This document shows positions 51,129 through 63,599 of a DNA stretch of 64,000 nt, one piece after another; position 1 is the first letter of the stretch, and the number at the start of each line of letters is the position of its first letter. Source of the DNA: Squalus acanthias (taxonomy: Eukaryota); contig CM059432.1 in the NCBI GenBank assembly GCA_030390025.1, positions 126,110,001-126,174,000 of the forward strand. Reading direction: 5' to 3'. The notes below the pieces were generated by a model. The model saw nothing but the letters and a program-made list of their open reading frames with translations, was not told the DNA's origin and made no database searches. The position numbers were made by a program, and so were the translations under genes.

Positions 51129-51405
51129 GGAACATAGGAACAGGAGTAGGCTATTTAGCCCCTCGAGCCTGTTCTGCTATTCAATGAGATCATGGCTGAT
51201 CTGTGACCTAACTCCATATACCTAAATTTATCATTGCATTTATATTGTTAACCATAAAGCTGTTCTCAAGGCTTTATTGTTTTATTGTGGTCAATGAATG
51301 TAATGGGTTTACTATGTAATTGATGAGTTGTATCAGTACTATTGTACTTGAATAAAATATTAACTCCATATACCTGCCTTTGGCCCATATCCCTTAATAC
51401 CTTTG
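51129..51405 (-). mobile_element. CR1 3' tail interrupted by a 137-bp insert (51224-51360)
   Basis: CATAGGAACAGGAGTAGGC CR1 terminus; insert flanked by 15-bp TSD TAACTCCATATACCT (51209-51223, 51361-51375). Confidence 0.8.
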
Positions 51406-52659
51406 GTACTTTTTTTGCTGGGAGTTGAACATCTTTGCAGGTGGTACCTGTAACTCTGGCTACAGATGTTGTTTGGCCTTTACAATTCATCCTGTGGTAA
51501 AATCAGGTCATTCTTATTTGAAAGTGCCCAATCTATTGCCCATGATTGAAAACAGGTGACAGTGGCACCTGCTACTAGCGGCTGCTCAATAGATGTTGCA
51601 TTTGCCACTCATTCTAGGTGGGCCTGGGAATCAGCTGTCCAGGTACAGTAGGCACTTGGAGATCGGAATACTTTTTGGCCAAAAGGGGAGGGGGAGGAAG
51701 ATTGAAAGTAACATTGATGGATATAGAGGGAGTAAGGAAACAGAGTGAGAACAAAGGGATGAAAATATAAAGTGGTTGAAATTGAAATGATAGAACATTT
51801 TTTTAAAACAATTTGGCACCGCACTCCTCTACTAGTTAAATGCCCAATGTAAGAATGAGCTGTATAGAGCAGAAAGGTCCCAGGTTTGATCGCTGCTCTT
51901 TGCTGAGTTAGCTGATTTCAGCCAACAGAGCTGTGTGTGTGTGTGTGTGTATGTATGTATCTATGTGGTCTCAGTGTCCATGGACTGGTGAAGAGAAAAA
52001 GCCAGTCAGGGTTATTGCTCCTGTTCATTGCTGGTACCCGTGGAACTGTAGCCTAGCACAAGTTACGGCTTCAGGAGAGGAAGGGGACAAAATTGATGGG
52101 AAAAGATCTGTTTGACACAGGAAATACAGTGGAATAAGTTTTCTAGCTGGGGTCTTTAAAAAAAGTATACCTGCCCCATTACCACAATATTATTTTATTA
52201 ATATTTAGCCACAGATTTCTCCTGTTAATGGATATTCAGGTTTTCAGCATGGTAAAGGTTAATAAGCTGCTTTAAGTCACTCAAGGTCTGGTTGAATTTA
52301 TTTGACTACAGTTAACAGTGCTGTGTACCTTATCAATGAGTTTCAATCAAGCTGAACAGGATATGAATTGCTCTTGTTTGTATTCTCATCTTCCTTATTC
52401 TTAGTTACCAGTTTGTTCTTTGGACTGTTTCCATTTCATACTATCTGAAATACCTGAACTCTTTTTAGCAAACTTAACATTGGTAACCTAATAAATAAGA
52501 GAATTGATTGCTTTATTGGTTATTATAAAACCAACATTGGTCACAGACAATCTATAATATTTCAAATAAATCTTGGCTCGATTCAGGGTATTCCATTGTC
52601 TATAATAAATATTGATTTTTTGTTTCCGAATTCCCCCCACTCTAACACATCATGCGACA

Positions 52660-52920
52660 GAAACAAAAACAGAAAATGCTAGAGATGCTCAGCAGATCCA
52701 GCAGCATTTGTGGAGAGAACAGGCATGTTAACATTTCAGCTATATAACCTTTGATCAGAAAATCAGAATTTTAACAAAAAACGTTGTTTTCTTCCTTTCA
52801 GATTACAAGGGTCCACACCTGAAACGTCAACGTGTGTTCTTTCCACAGATGTTGCCTGACCTGCTGAATGCTTCTAGCACTTTCTGCTTTTGTTTCAGAT
52901 TTCCATCATCTGTAGTGTGT
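52660..52920. mobile_element. Inverted pair of old Penelope family-1-like terminal repeats
   Basis: Minus copy ~52660-52760 and plus copy ~52800-52920 (CCTGAAACGTCAAC...CCTGACCTGCTGA...TTTCAGATTTCCA). Confidence 0.65.
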
Positions 52921-54736
52921 TTATAAAATATTGTCTAGTATCGATATTGTTGAGCCCTGCTTCCTCTGGACATTATCAATTGCTTTACTATCATGCTATG
53001 CTTATCCTTTATATTGTTGCCTGCTTTTCCCTGATGAACATCAGCCTCTACTCCCACGTCTCAAGGCAAGTTTCATTGCTCTGACTCCCCAGGGTCTCTG
53101 GCCACATCACTGATGTTAGAACACATTGGAAATGAGTCTGATCCTTGATCCTTTGCCTCTTACTGCATGCCTTCCTCTAGTGCTTTCTCCCAACCATTCC
53201 CTCTCTCTCTCCCACATCACAATGTTACAAATTCCACCACTTAAGTTTGAACTTCAGTCTTTCCCTTCTTTCCTGAAAGCAATAACCTATATTGGGGTAT
53301 GGTTCATCAGTGACCAGCAGTACGCTGGGACCTCATCCAAGTGACTATTCTTCATACGTAAGCCTAGACTATTGCTATTCAACTGAGGGTCTCCACAGAA
53401 TGTACTATTTCTCTCGACAGATGCTGCCTGACCAGCTGAGTGTCTCTAGCGCTTTCTGTTTTTGTTTCTGAATCCATTGTCACCTGACAATCAAAAGTAA
53501 GCACTTTTCAGAAGGAGTCACTGGATAGCAATCAGGACTGAAAACCTTGGTTGATTTCCCCCTTTCCTAATCCGAGGATACCTGACATCAATTATTTGTT
53601 CTACTCCAACTAACTCAGTATAGACCAGGGATCAAACCCAACTCGTCTGCATAGTTGAGTAACACCCTATTAGTGCATATACCCACAGAGCCATCAGTGG
53701 AGCTAATCCTGCCCTGTATAAATATGTATATTTACACAAAGCATTCATGTCAACTTGATTTACATTTAATGTTTCAAATCTGGTTTTCTTAAAAAGTGTA
53801 AATAATAAACGCAGAAGATAACCTATCACACTTATATCTTTTAAACTTACAATCAAAATCTACATCAGTTTGTATTGGAAGGTGAATAATGGATACTGTA
53901 CCTGGGAGCAATTACAGAGCAGTAATCTAATCAAGTAGTGCTATAAAACATAAAAGCAAAACTGCAGTGGTTTATAACTGTCATCTGAATCCTGAGATTA
54001 GATTACTGCCTTGAAACTACTCCAGGTTGTTGCTTTTTGAAAAAAGTATACACTGTAAACTTCATGGTGATTTTATTCAGTTTTGAGTCCATTTCAGTGC
54101 AAACAACAGCTGTCAGAACAGATGGTGATTGACAGTGTACCTCATGTTGTTGATACACGGACTGAATGATTAACAATTGTGTTGCAATCCTAACCAAGAA
54201 ATACTTTGCAGGAAGTTACCATACATTTCTACAGCCACACATAACAAAGAGCACCATTACATTCTTTCAAGCGTCTAAGCACACTGTTAACATATTCCGT
54301 TTCCTCCAGTCAGTAGATTGTGGATATTCTCTTTCAGGAAGATCTGCCTAATGTTATTATAATAAACAGTACTTGTAATCTCTCTGGGAAGTTTGGTTTT
54401 TCCACTGTTAACACACGGTCTTCGCTCTCAGTTGCTTGGCTTCATCTTAATTGTACAATTTATCTTCATGCACTTTCCTTCAATCTAGACATTAAACTTC
54501 ATATTTCCAGCACTGTCTATTTTTTATTTCATATTACCAGTTCTCTACTCTCCTCCGTCTTTCAGGTGTGTGTCAAAATCTGTGTTCACCTCTTGGTGTG
54601 TTATTCTCCAAGATTAGATACCCTTGCTCGCTCTCTCTCTCTCTCTCAGGTACAGTACCTCTCTCTGTCTCTGAATGTGTGTGTGTGTGTGAATTTAAGG
54701 TGGGCGGATCCATGCACCTTTCATCCAGTCACTTAC

Positions 54737-54785
54737 CTGGTTTCGAACAGCGGGTGCCGCCCACTGGAATCTGAAAGCGCTCAGC
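54737..54785 (-). other. Candidate 49-nt internal exon
   Basis: Acceptor GTTGCGTTTTTCCAG| and consensus donor CAG|GTAAGT. Confidence 0.55.
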
Positions 54786-55066
54786 CTGGAAAAACGCAAC
54801 TTTTACCTCCAGCACCTCACCCAACTGAAATCTATATTTTCACACACACACACCTTTAAATATAAATCACTTTTTTTTTTAGTACTTCCCCTATCATTTA
54901 TTACTTTGTATACCCAGCTACAGTCTTGCCCTTGTATATATATTTTAAAAAGTTTTGATTTGGTTTCCCCCCGCCCATGCAGTCCTGTAAGTCTCATGTA
55001 GTCCAGGTACATCGTGGGACTGCTCTCATCGCACCGGTTCTGCAGAAAGTGGAAAAGAGGAATTAC

Positions 55067-55146
55067 CTGTAGCCCGGGTTCTGCCGTCAGACCGCACCGC
55101 ACCGACTTGAAAGTCCAGTTTCGCAAGAAGAGAAGCCGGGGACGGG
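55067..55146 (-). other. Candidate 80-nt internal exon
   Basis: Acceptor CATATTTCTCCAG| with an upstream TTCAC/CTTAC branch-like motif; donor CAG|GTAATT; CpG-rich body. Confidence 0.5.
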
Positions 55147-55669
55147 CTGGAGAAATATGTCACAGGAGATGGACAAGTAAGTGAACCTACTGGTTCTGGC
55201 TGTCTCTTTATCCACTGCTTTATCTTTAATGGTCTCTCTCTCCCCCCACCACCACCTCCTCCTCCGCTTAACTCGGCAAACCGGTGTCTTTACCCACACA
55301 TGGACTATTTTGTGATTAGGATTTTTTTTTATTAATAGCGATTAAAATATTATTGAAAACTGCAGGTTAGTAATAAGCGTGGTGTTTGGCACAAAGAGCT
55401 TTTTCCAAGCCCCACAACAAAAAACACCCACCAGCTCCTTCATCGGCCATTTTCTGACGGACGATTCGGGGGCTTCAACAACTTTTTTATTTATTTTTGA
55501 AATACAAGTGAACCTTGTTGGTTTTTGTTTTTGGATTGAATGATTTCCCTGGCTCGCTCGCTCCCTCTCTCTCTGGCTGGCTGCTGTGGCTCAGGCGGGG
55601 TCGCCAGTCTGTCGGATCCTGTCAGCCTGTCTTGTGGGCTTTCCAGAGCCGGGGCTGGGCGGCTGTTAC

Positions 55670-55780
55670 CTGGGCAGCCGGAGCCATCGCAGCCGCGCAC
55701 CTGGGACTGACTCCCCTGCCGGCCCAGCCCAGCCCCAGCACCCGGCCCGGCGCAGCACCATGTGCCCCAGACTAACAACA
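55670..55780 (-). other. Candidate first or alternative exon (5' boundary unknown)
   Basis: Very GC-rich segment ending in donor CAG|GTAACA. Confidence 0.4.
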
Positions 55781-57569
55781 CAAGCGGCCAACAACTTAAA
55801 TCCGCAGCGGAGATCCCTAAAACAGGAGGGATCCACCATCGAGTGTATCGGGAGGTTGGGCGCGACTGCTTTACAGTCAGTGCGGTCAGGGCTGGCCATT
55901 TATTTTCCTTTTTTTCCCCCCTCTCTCTCTCTCTCTTTCCTCCCCCTTTCAGTTTGCATCAAAACTTGTAGTTTAACAATTTTAAAATAAGCAAGAGAGG
56001 GGAAAAGACACCGCCACACACACATCCTCTCCCATATTGTGTGAAGTAATTTGAAACTCCTACTTTTATTTCAAAAACATGCAGCCAGCACAGACTGACC
56101 CACCCGCTGTTGCTTCTGTCGCTGACCGCTTCCCAGGGTCGTTCAAACCAACAGGCCGTTTCCATCTAACCCAATCCACACCACTCCGCTCCTCATTATT
56201 TCAATTAACACCATCCTCTTAAGTTGTCTCGATTGGTAACAACATATATATATTTATTTATTTTATTTGCATTTAAATAATTTTCGAAAGACGCAGCTCA
56301 TTAAGATTTTATACACTCTTGATTTTTGTTTTAAGAAATGTGGCAACAGATTAGAATTCTAGTGCAAACATTTTGACCCCCTTTTCAAGTCACCGCCCAA
56401 CTGCTTGGACATCTGCAAGCTCAGGGACACAGCGATGGAAGAGTCTTCCGACAGAGGAGTTTGACTATGGCCAAGACTATGGATCTGAGCCTCCTCGCTT
56501 CTGTTTGCCAGCAGAGAGCGGCTTGCGGAATGAGCGCTTCTTGTCACAGAGCAACAGACCCCGGCCAACCTTTAAAAAGGGCAGCGCCTGCCTGCTGGCG
56601 TTTTTGTTGTTTGCTGCCTGCTCCCTCCCCTTGCAGACGCGTGTTTTTTTTTGGTGGGGGGGGGGTGACCTGTTCCTAAAGTTACCATTGTTTTGGCTTG
56701 TTATCCACTTTTTAAACTAACAACCTTTTAAAAAAAAACACTTAAAAGTTTCATCAACCAGAGGAACACACACCAAATAATCTTGTGGAAGATTTAATAG
56801 AAGGCTATTTTGTATTCCACACATCTCTCCACCCTGTTTGCTCCGGAGTGTGTGTTTTTTCCATATTGACTACCTGCCTCACTTTGACTCTTTACAATGA
56901 TGAGCTGGAAACACCTGGATTGTCAACAGTCGGCACTGGGAGATGGCAGAATCCTGTTGCAGCATCATGACAACACCAGATCAGACCTAAAGCTAGCATA
57001 CTGTCACGAGTCTGACTCCCAGCAGATGGATAATTGTGTATTATCCATAAATAATCATTTAAAGTCGGTTTTTATTGCCGAATTAAAAGTCTTGTTTTTT
57101 TAAGTTTTATTTTTATCATCAAAAACCAGAAGAACTCTGGGCCCCAACAAGTGGGGCAAATTCAGAGAAAATCTGTAAAAAATGCTCTTCATTTGGACTA
57201 TTGCTAAAATTAATAAAGTTCTTTAAAAAAAAAGTCATAGTTAAGCTAAAATAACATCACAATTTTTTATACGGTTTATGGACACCACTCTTATGGGCCT
57301 CAATGGTCATTTCAAGAGGTCTGGCAAGGGTATAGTTGAAGCAGTTGTATTAAACAATGTTTACTTGGAATCGTGGATGTAGCAAGACAAATCAGTTCTA
57401 GTAGTGGCACATAACATGGGTAAACCAGGAAGTATACAATACTGCCACAAGTACCAATTTTGAGATTAGGAACAGTTAGGGCAAAGCAGCGCAGCAAATT
57501 CACTGGGAGAAAGAGTAACAGCATTTTTTTCCCCAATTAAAAAAAAAACTTAGACACTGCTGTGGACAA

Positions 57570-58131
57570 GCTTCACTCCCACTCTGACCTCACCGTCCTC
57601 GGCCTATTACACTGTTCCACGGAAGCTCAGCGTAAGCTCGAGGAACAGCACCTCATCTTTCGTTTAGGCACGCTACAGCCCTCTGGACTCAATATCGAGT
57701 TCAACAATTTTAGATCATAACCTCAGCTCCAATCACATTTATATTTTATTTTATCCACCCTTTTATTTGTCCCCCCCCACCTTTTTTTTTCCTCCTAGAA
57801 GCTGGCAGCTGTCCTTCATTCTGCCAGTGGATTTCACACTTCATTCAGCCTTAATCTGTCACATTAACACCACCTCTAGCCTTGCATATCTCTTAATGTC
57901 TCTTAATGTCTCTTCATCTCCCCCTTTGTTCCTTTATCCCCTCCCCCTTTTCCCAGCTTTACCCTGGCCTTAAATCTATTTGATTTCCGGCTCTTCCCAG
58001 TTCTGATGAAAGGTCATCGACCTGAAACATTAACTCTCTTTCTCTCTCCACGGATGCTGCCTGGCCTGCTGAGTTTTTCCAGCGTTTTCTGTTGTTATTT
58101 CGGATTTCCAGCATCCGCAGTATTTTGCTAT
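57570..58131 (+). mobile_element. Penelope-like element 3' part with a hammerhead motif
   Basis: HSDLTVLGLLHCSTEAQRKLEEQHLIFRLGTLQPSGLNIEFNNFRS, homologous to 46790-46925; hammerhead 57999-58035 with the stem III G changed to A. Confidence 0.85.
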
Positions 58132-58909
58132 CATCCTAGAAGATAGATAACTGAATTCACCTGAAGACAATTCCAGTTAAATTTGGTGCTGAGAATCCAG
58201 TCCCAAGATGTGTGTTTATTGCATTTGAGATGTGATTGTGCATATTGTATGCTGTGTGTGATAATATCACAAATGTATCTTGGTGTCTGATTTTCAATGT
58301 GCAGAATGGAGAATTCCCCCCGCCCAAAAGCAGGGATGAATTGGTTCTTGTTGATCCACCTAAAAATGTCAAGAATGTACGGTGAAAATTGACATTAGTG
58401 ATCCTTGCCCAACATTAGTAAACTGACAGAAGGTTATTGTGTCCAGACCAAATTGTTAATGAGAACAGATTTTTTGGTTTTGGTTTTCTTCCCTCCTTTC
58501 TTGAACCACAGTGGAGTATGGTTTCATAGGTGCCAGTAGCCCTTTGCTATGTCATTCAGGTGATTCCTTTGTGAGCCTAGGTAGTTTTAATTGGGGGTGA
58601 TGAGCACAATTCTGAGTAGACACATGCACTTAGCAGCAGTCACTGGATAGTGATCAGGTGCCTGAACCATGGTTGAATCTTCTTTTGTCTCCTTAGCTCA
58701 GGGACACTGAGGCCAAATGTGGTGTTCAGTACCAAGGGCCATTGGGTTTCTGTACCATTGTGTTAGCTGAGATCAGATAATTAAATGTAGATTATAAATT
58801 GAACATCAGATCTTTTCTGGGTGGCTTAGTACCCTGTAGTGCATTTACCCACTGAGTTATTTTGGAAGTTATTGATATAACCCATTTTAATAAATTGTAT
58901 TTCCTTTTT

Positions 58910-60250
58910 AATAGATTGGAAACAGGCTAAAGTTCCCACATTCAAAAAGGGTGGTAAAAGGGAACTACAGACATTAGTTTTTACTTCAATCCTGTGTAGA
59001 ATAATTTGAATATCTTGAAGAATATCAGTATAATAAGAACCTAGTAAAACAACAAGTCAACATGGATTCAGAAGGAGGAAGATCCTGGATGATCAGCCTC
59101 CTTCTTTTGAGGAAGTGTTAATCCAGGTGGACTATGGAAAGCCCTATGGGGTGTTGTGCCTAGGCTTCTAAAACGTATTTGACAAGGTTCCACGTGAAAG
59201 GCTATTAGTCAAGATCAAAGCTGTGGGGATTCAGGGTAAATCTTGGAAGTGGATTAAAAAAATTGGCTGATGGGTAGAAAACAGCAACAGGGAGTTGTTA
59301 GAAGAATTATGTTGGGCTGGAGTACTGAGTGGGATGCCCAGTGTTAGGACCACTCGCATTTCTAATTCACATCAATGATTTGGATTTAGAAACTCAAAGA
59401 AAATTGGTCACATTTCCAGATGATGCCAAACTAGGAGGGACAGGGAAATTGGGGAATGTAGTTCAGAAGTCGCAAAATGAGTCGGGAATGAAATATGTAA
59501 ATTGGCAGAGCAATGACAGATGAAATTTAATTTGGATAAGTGTAACGTACCGCACAAAGGAAGGGAAAGTGGGTAACACATGGACTCCATGAATAGTGTG
59601 AAAATGGCTACTGATGGAAGTTGAAAGAGACCCAGGAGCCTTAGTAGATTGAAAATAAAACATGTCCAACCACTGCAGTGCAGCAATTAACAAAGCTAAC
59701 AGAATCTTGAACTCTGTAACCAGAACAGTAGAATACAAGTCATCTCCAAAGTATATAATGCTCTGGTAGACCATGCCTTGAGTACTGCGTTCAGGTCTGT
59801 TCATAAAGACACGAGGGAGACATTTAAGTGCTGGAGGCAGTGCAGAGAAGAGCCACAAGACCTAGTGTCAGAGGTCTGAGTAATGAGAAAAGACTGAGGA
59901 AAACTTTTCAGCCTTGAAAGGAGATGTCTGCGAGTTGATCTTGTAGACATACAGGATAGTAAACCATATGGAAAAGATAAATCTGAAAAATACTTATAAA
60001 TTGCAAAAAATTAGGACAATGGTACACTGGTTTGATCTAGTAAAAAGCAAAGTTAGTGCTGCTATTAGGAGGTTCTTCACACAAAGATTGGTCAACAGAT
60101 GAAATTGACTCCCAGATAGAGTTGTGAAGGTGAAACCCCTGGAATTATTTAAGAAACAATTGGATGCTGCAATGAGAGGACTTTAGGATTTTTTTGAATG
60201 GATTAACTAAGATGAGCTGAATGACCATCCTCATCCATAGTTATCTTGTG
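58910..60250 (+). mobile_element. Old CR1 LINE RT and 3' region
   Basis: CCCACATTCAAAAAGGG, CATGGATTCAGAAGG, TTTGACAAGGTTCCAC, VLGPLAFLIHINDLD..FPDDAKLGG; same subfamily as 30930 and 37800. Confidence 0.85.
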
Positions 60251-61015
60251 AAACTCCATTCTCTGACTAAGAATAAGATATCAGCAAACTATTCCCAGAT
60301 ATCAAGCAGTACGTTTCTGTAATTGGCTTTTGAATGGATTGTAATTGAGATAAATCTTCCTCCAATTTTCTCCTTTCCTGTCCTGAAGGTGCTGACTTTT
60401 ATTGGGACATGGTCCCATGGGCGCCAGCTGTCCAATATATGCCTGGCTGAGAGCACATACAGAAAGTGAGACTTGGATGTTCGAGACCAGCCAGTATCTT
60501 TACCCACCAGGCCATTGGGGAACGTAGTGACAACTAGTTTGTGTATTAAATAATTGGCTTAGTTCTCCTGGTGCCTCAGTGAGAAGCGAAGCTATATGGA
60601 CCAGGAATGTGATCTGTATTAATTTAGCTGATCTTAGCTGGAGCACAGTAAGGGTGTTGCATGAACTTTCCCCACGTTATTTAAGGGGAAAACTGGCCCA
60701 GATTACCGTTCCTGGTTGTTGTCTAATGACCCCTTTTGGAAGTGCATCTATGTCAACATTGGGTGAGGACAGGATTGGTCTTGGTTGTGATGTACCTTGT
60801 AGTCAAAGTCTGCTAACACTCACTGTCCAAACTAACACTAATAAATGGAACTTGGGTAAAGTACTGGAGGGCCTTTGGTTGAAGCTGAATTCCTGTAATG
60901 TGGCAACACCTTCGGGAGGGGAGGGGGGAGAATTGGAGAGGAAAAAAAATGGCTTCAAAATGCATCTTGATGGGTAACCCAACTGCAAAGTATGGTGCTT
61001 AGAGTGAATACTTGG

Positions 61016-61615
61016 GGGAGGGAAATTCGGTTGCTTTGCGCCTTCCGTTAGCGCCCTAAGCGGGCATTAACAGGGTGCAAAGCAACTAGTGCCCGGGCGC
61101 AGCGCCGCCAACACCTCCCACGAAATTCAGCGGGAGGTTAGTGGCGGCGGTAACTGGTAGCGTGGCGCTGTGCTGCCGGCAATGATGTCACCGCCGTGCA
61201 CAGCGCCCCGGCCGCGATCTTCGATAGCGCCCCCTGACTTACCGCCGGACGCTATGTCCGACAGGGTCAGGGGGGCCTATCTGCAGCCAGGACGGCGCTA
61301 TTTAAAGGCGAGGTGCCGGGCGGCCATTTTTGTTGCTGAGCACCTGCCTCCGCTGCCGTCCCTGGCCTCCTGAGCACGGAGGGGAGGAAGACCTGCAATA
61401 CCGCGGTGCGACATGCCGCAGCGCATGCCGCTGTGGCACATGGAGCCGCGATATTCCCTCGCAGCGACTCGAGGGAGGCGGGGCGCTTCCAGTAGCACCC
61501 CGCTTCCCTCTTGGGACACTGCCACTCAATTTCGGCCGCAGGGATGCTCATTTTTTCAGGGCGCTAACCGGCGAAGTTAGCACCCCAGAGGGGGCACGAC
61601 TCAATTTTTCCCCGC
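61016..61615. mobile_element. CpG-rich non-autonomous TIR element
   Basis: Termini GGGGAGGGAAATT / AATTTTTCCCCG; subterminal inverted GTTAGCGCCC / GGGCGCTAAC; sharp GC boundaries. Confidence 0.6.
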
Positions 61616-62351
61616 AGATCTCTTAAAAACAATACTGGGGGAGGAAGAGGTATTGATGCAACGTTGCAATAATAATGCGAGTTGAATTGATGGGTATACA
61701 TCTGTAGTAATCTGATTTTTAGATAGATGCTTGGTTTTAGGATCCTAGTAGGACAACAATGAAAGAGTGGGATTAAAGTTAGTTCCTGGAGAAATGATTA
61801 AATGGGACCCATGCAGACGGGGCAGGTTGCTCCCTTTTTTAATGTGGGCAGTGTTTTACAGTGGCTGAGTTGTACCAAGTGATTCTGAGGGGTAATGTAC
61901 GAGTAATTTGTCTTCTTGCTATTGCTACAGAATTGGTGCCAGGAATCATATAGCACCGGGTTCCTAACATATTGAGCAGTGATATGCAGCATGTCCTGAG
62001 GCTATTCCATAATATAAAAACAGTCTGTTCACACAAAGCATCCTGTCTATTCTTGGCACTGCCTTTGTTTATCACTCCCCCTGCATCAGGCTTCTGTGTT
62101 GCTCACTGAGATGACAGTTATTAAAATTCAGTCTCATGCTCAGACAATAAAGTACTTTACTAAATGTCAGATGTTTCTCTTGTGTAATTTTTGTCAAAGT
62201 TTGTTGAAGAACTTATTTTGTCTTAGATGGGGTAAAATATTCTTTAAAACTTTGGGGTAGAATTTCTGCGGGGTTCCTCGATCTCCCACCAAAGAGACGG
62301 CAGGAGATTGGGAGAACTCCTGCTGATATGCATTTAACTTTATTAATACTC

Positions 62352-63075
62352 ACATAAGAGCATAAGAAAAAGGAGCAGGAGTAGACCATTTTGTCTTTCG
62401 AGCCTGCGCCACCATTCAGTAAGATCATGGCTGATCTTCTACCTCATCTCCACTTTCCTGAACTGTTCCTTTATCCCTTGATTCCCTTAATATTCAAAAA
62501 TCTATCGATCGCTGTCTTGAATATACTCAACGACTGAGCATCCACAGCTCTCTGGGGTAGAGAATTGGAAGATTCACAACCCATTGAGTGAAGAAATTTC
62601 TCCTCGTCTCAGTCCTAAATGGCCGATCCATTATTCTGAGACTGTGACCCCTAGTTCTAGACTCTCCAGCCAGGAGAAACATCCTGCTAGCATCTACCCT
62701 ACCAAGCCCCTTAAGAATTTTATATGTTTCAATGAGATCACCTCTCATTCTTATAAACTCTAGAGAATATGGGCCTAGTCTACTCAATCTCTCCTCATAG
62801 GACAATCCCCCCATCCCAGGAATCAGTCCAGTGAATCTTTGTTGCACTCCCTCTAAGGCAAGTATATCCTTCCTTGGGTAAAGAGACCAAAACTGTACAG
62901 TGTTCCAGGTGTGGTTTCACCAAGGCCCTGTATAATTGTAGTATGGCTTGTTTTCTCTTATACTCCAAACCCTTTGTAATAAAGGCTAACATACCATTTT
63001 CTTTCCTAATTGCTTGCTGTACCTGCATGTTAACTTTCTGTGATCTGTGTACAAGGACACTCAGGTCCGTCTGAA
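62352..63075 (-). mobile_element. CR1 LINE 3' part
   Basis: QVQQAIRKENGMLAFI, LSYEERLSRLG.YSLEF.RMRGDLIETYKIL; CATAAGA terminal repeat. Confidence 0.92.
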
Positions 63076-63599
63076 TGCCTCAACAAGGGCTATCTTTTCC
63101 TATTTTTGTTTTTGAGGTAATTGACTGAAGACCTGTACCAAAGAGGTGCCATCATGCAATTTGAAAGCGTTGACATTTTCAAAAGGGATTGCCAGCTGAA
63201 GACTTGATAAAATAACCTGCTTATTTCTTTCCCCTTTAAAAGTATTCCCCCAATATTCTTCCCCGTTTTCCTTATCTGCACTGCCTTTCATTTCTGTGGG
63301 TGCTGGGAGCCCTTTGATATCTGGGCAAGTCACAATATGTGAGCCTGGACTGTGTGTGTCAACAGGCTGTTCAACTGTAAATGGCTTTGTGTTTGAGTGC
63401 TGTTCTGTCCACACATGTGCTTTCAATGGGGTCATAATGCCAGGAAAAAGTCAATGCCAAGAAAGGGCCATTTGGCGCATCAAAGCTCCTCGTTCCAGTA
63501 CCTCTGAGCTGGAACCCTGACTTTTGAGTTATTTTTCTGTCCCTAGCCTAGGAGCACTGGGAGCCATTTGTAGATACCCAACTGACTTAGAACGGGCTA

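Larger units (their letters stand above)
54700..56700. promoter_or_regulatory. CpG-rich, repeat-poor region; probable promoter and 5' exons of a host gene
   Basis: CpG retained in unique sequence; no recognisable transposons ~53.7-57.5 kb; CT/GT microsatellites; clustered consensus splice sites. Confidence 0.65.

Noticed and set aside
51447..51491. Possible minus-strand exon (TTTTACCACAG|...CAG|GTACCA)
   Set aside because: The donor is weak, and it would introduce an immediate stop after the 54737 exon; it cannot be supported without reads.
54320..54859. 179-aa plus-strand ORF near the CpG-rich region
   Set aside because: Non-ATG start, low-complexity T-rich sequence running through CT/GT microsatellites, and no recognisable domain.
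61016..61615. CpG island or promoter
   Set aside because: Bounded by TIR-like termini and subterminal inverted repeats; better explained as a young non-autonomous transposon. The same applies to 9289, 11147 and 16375.
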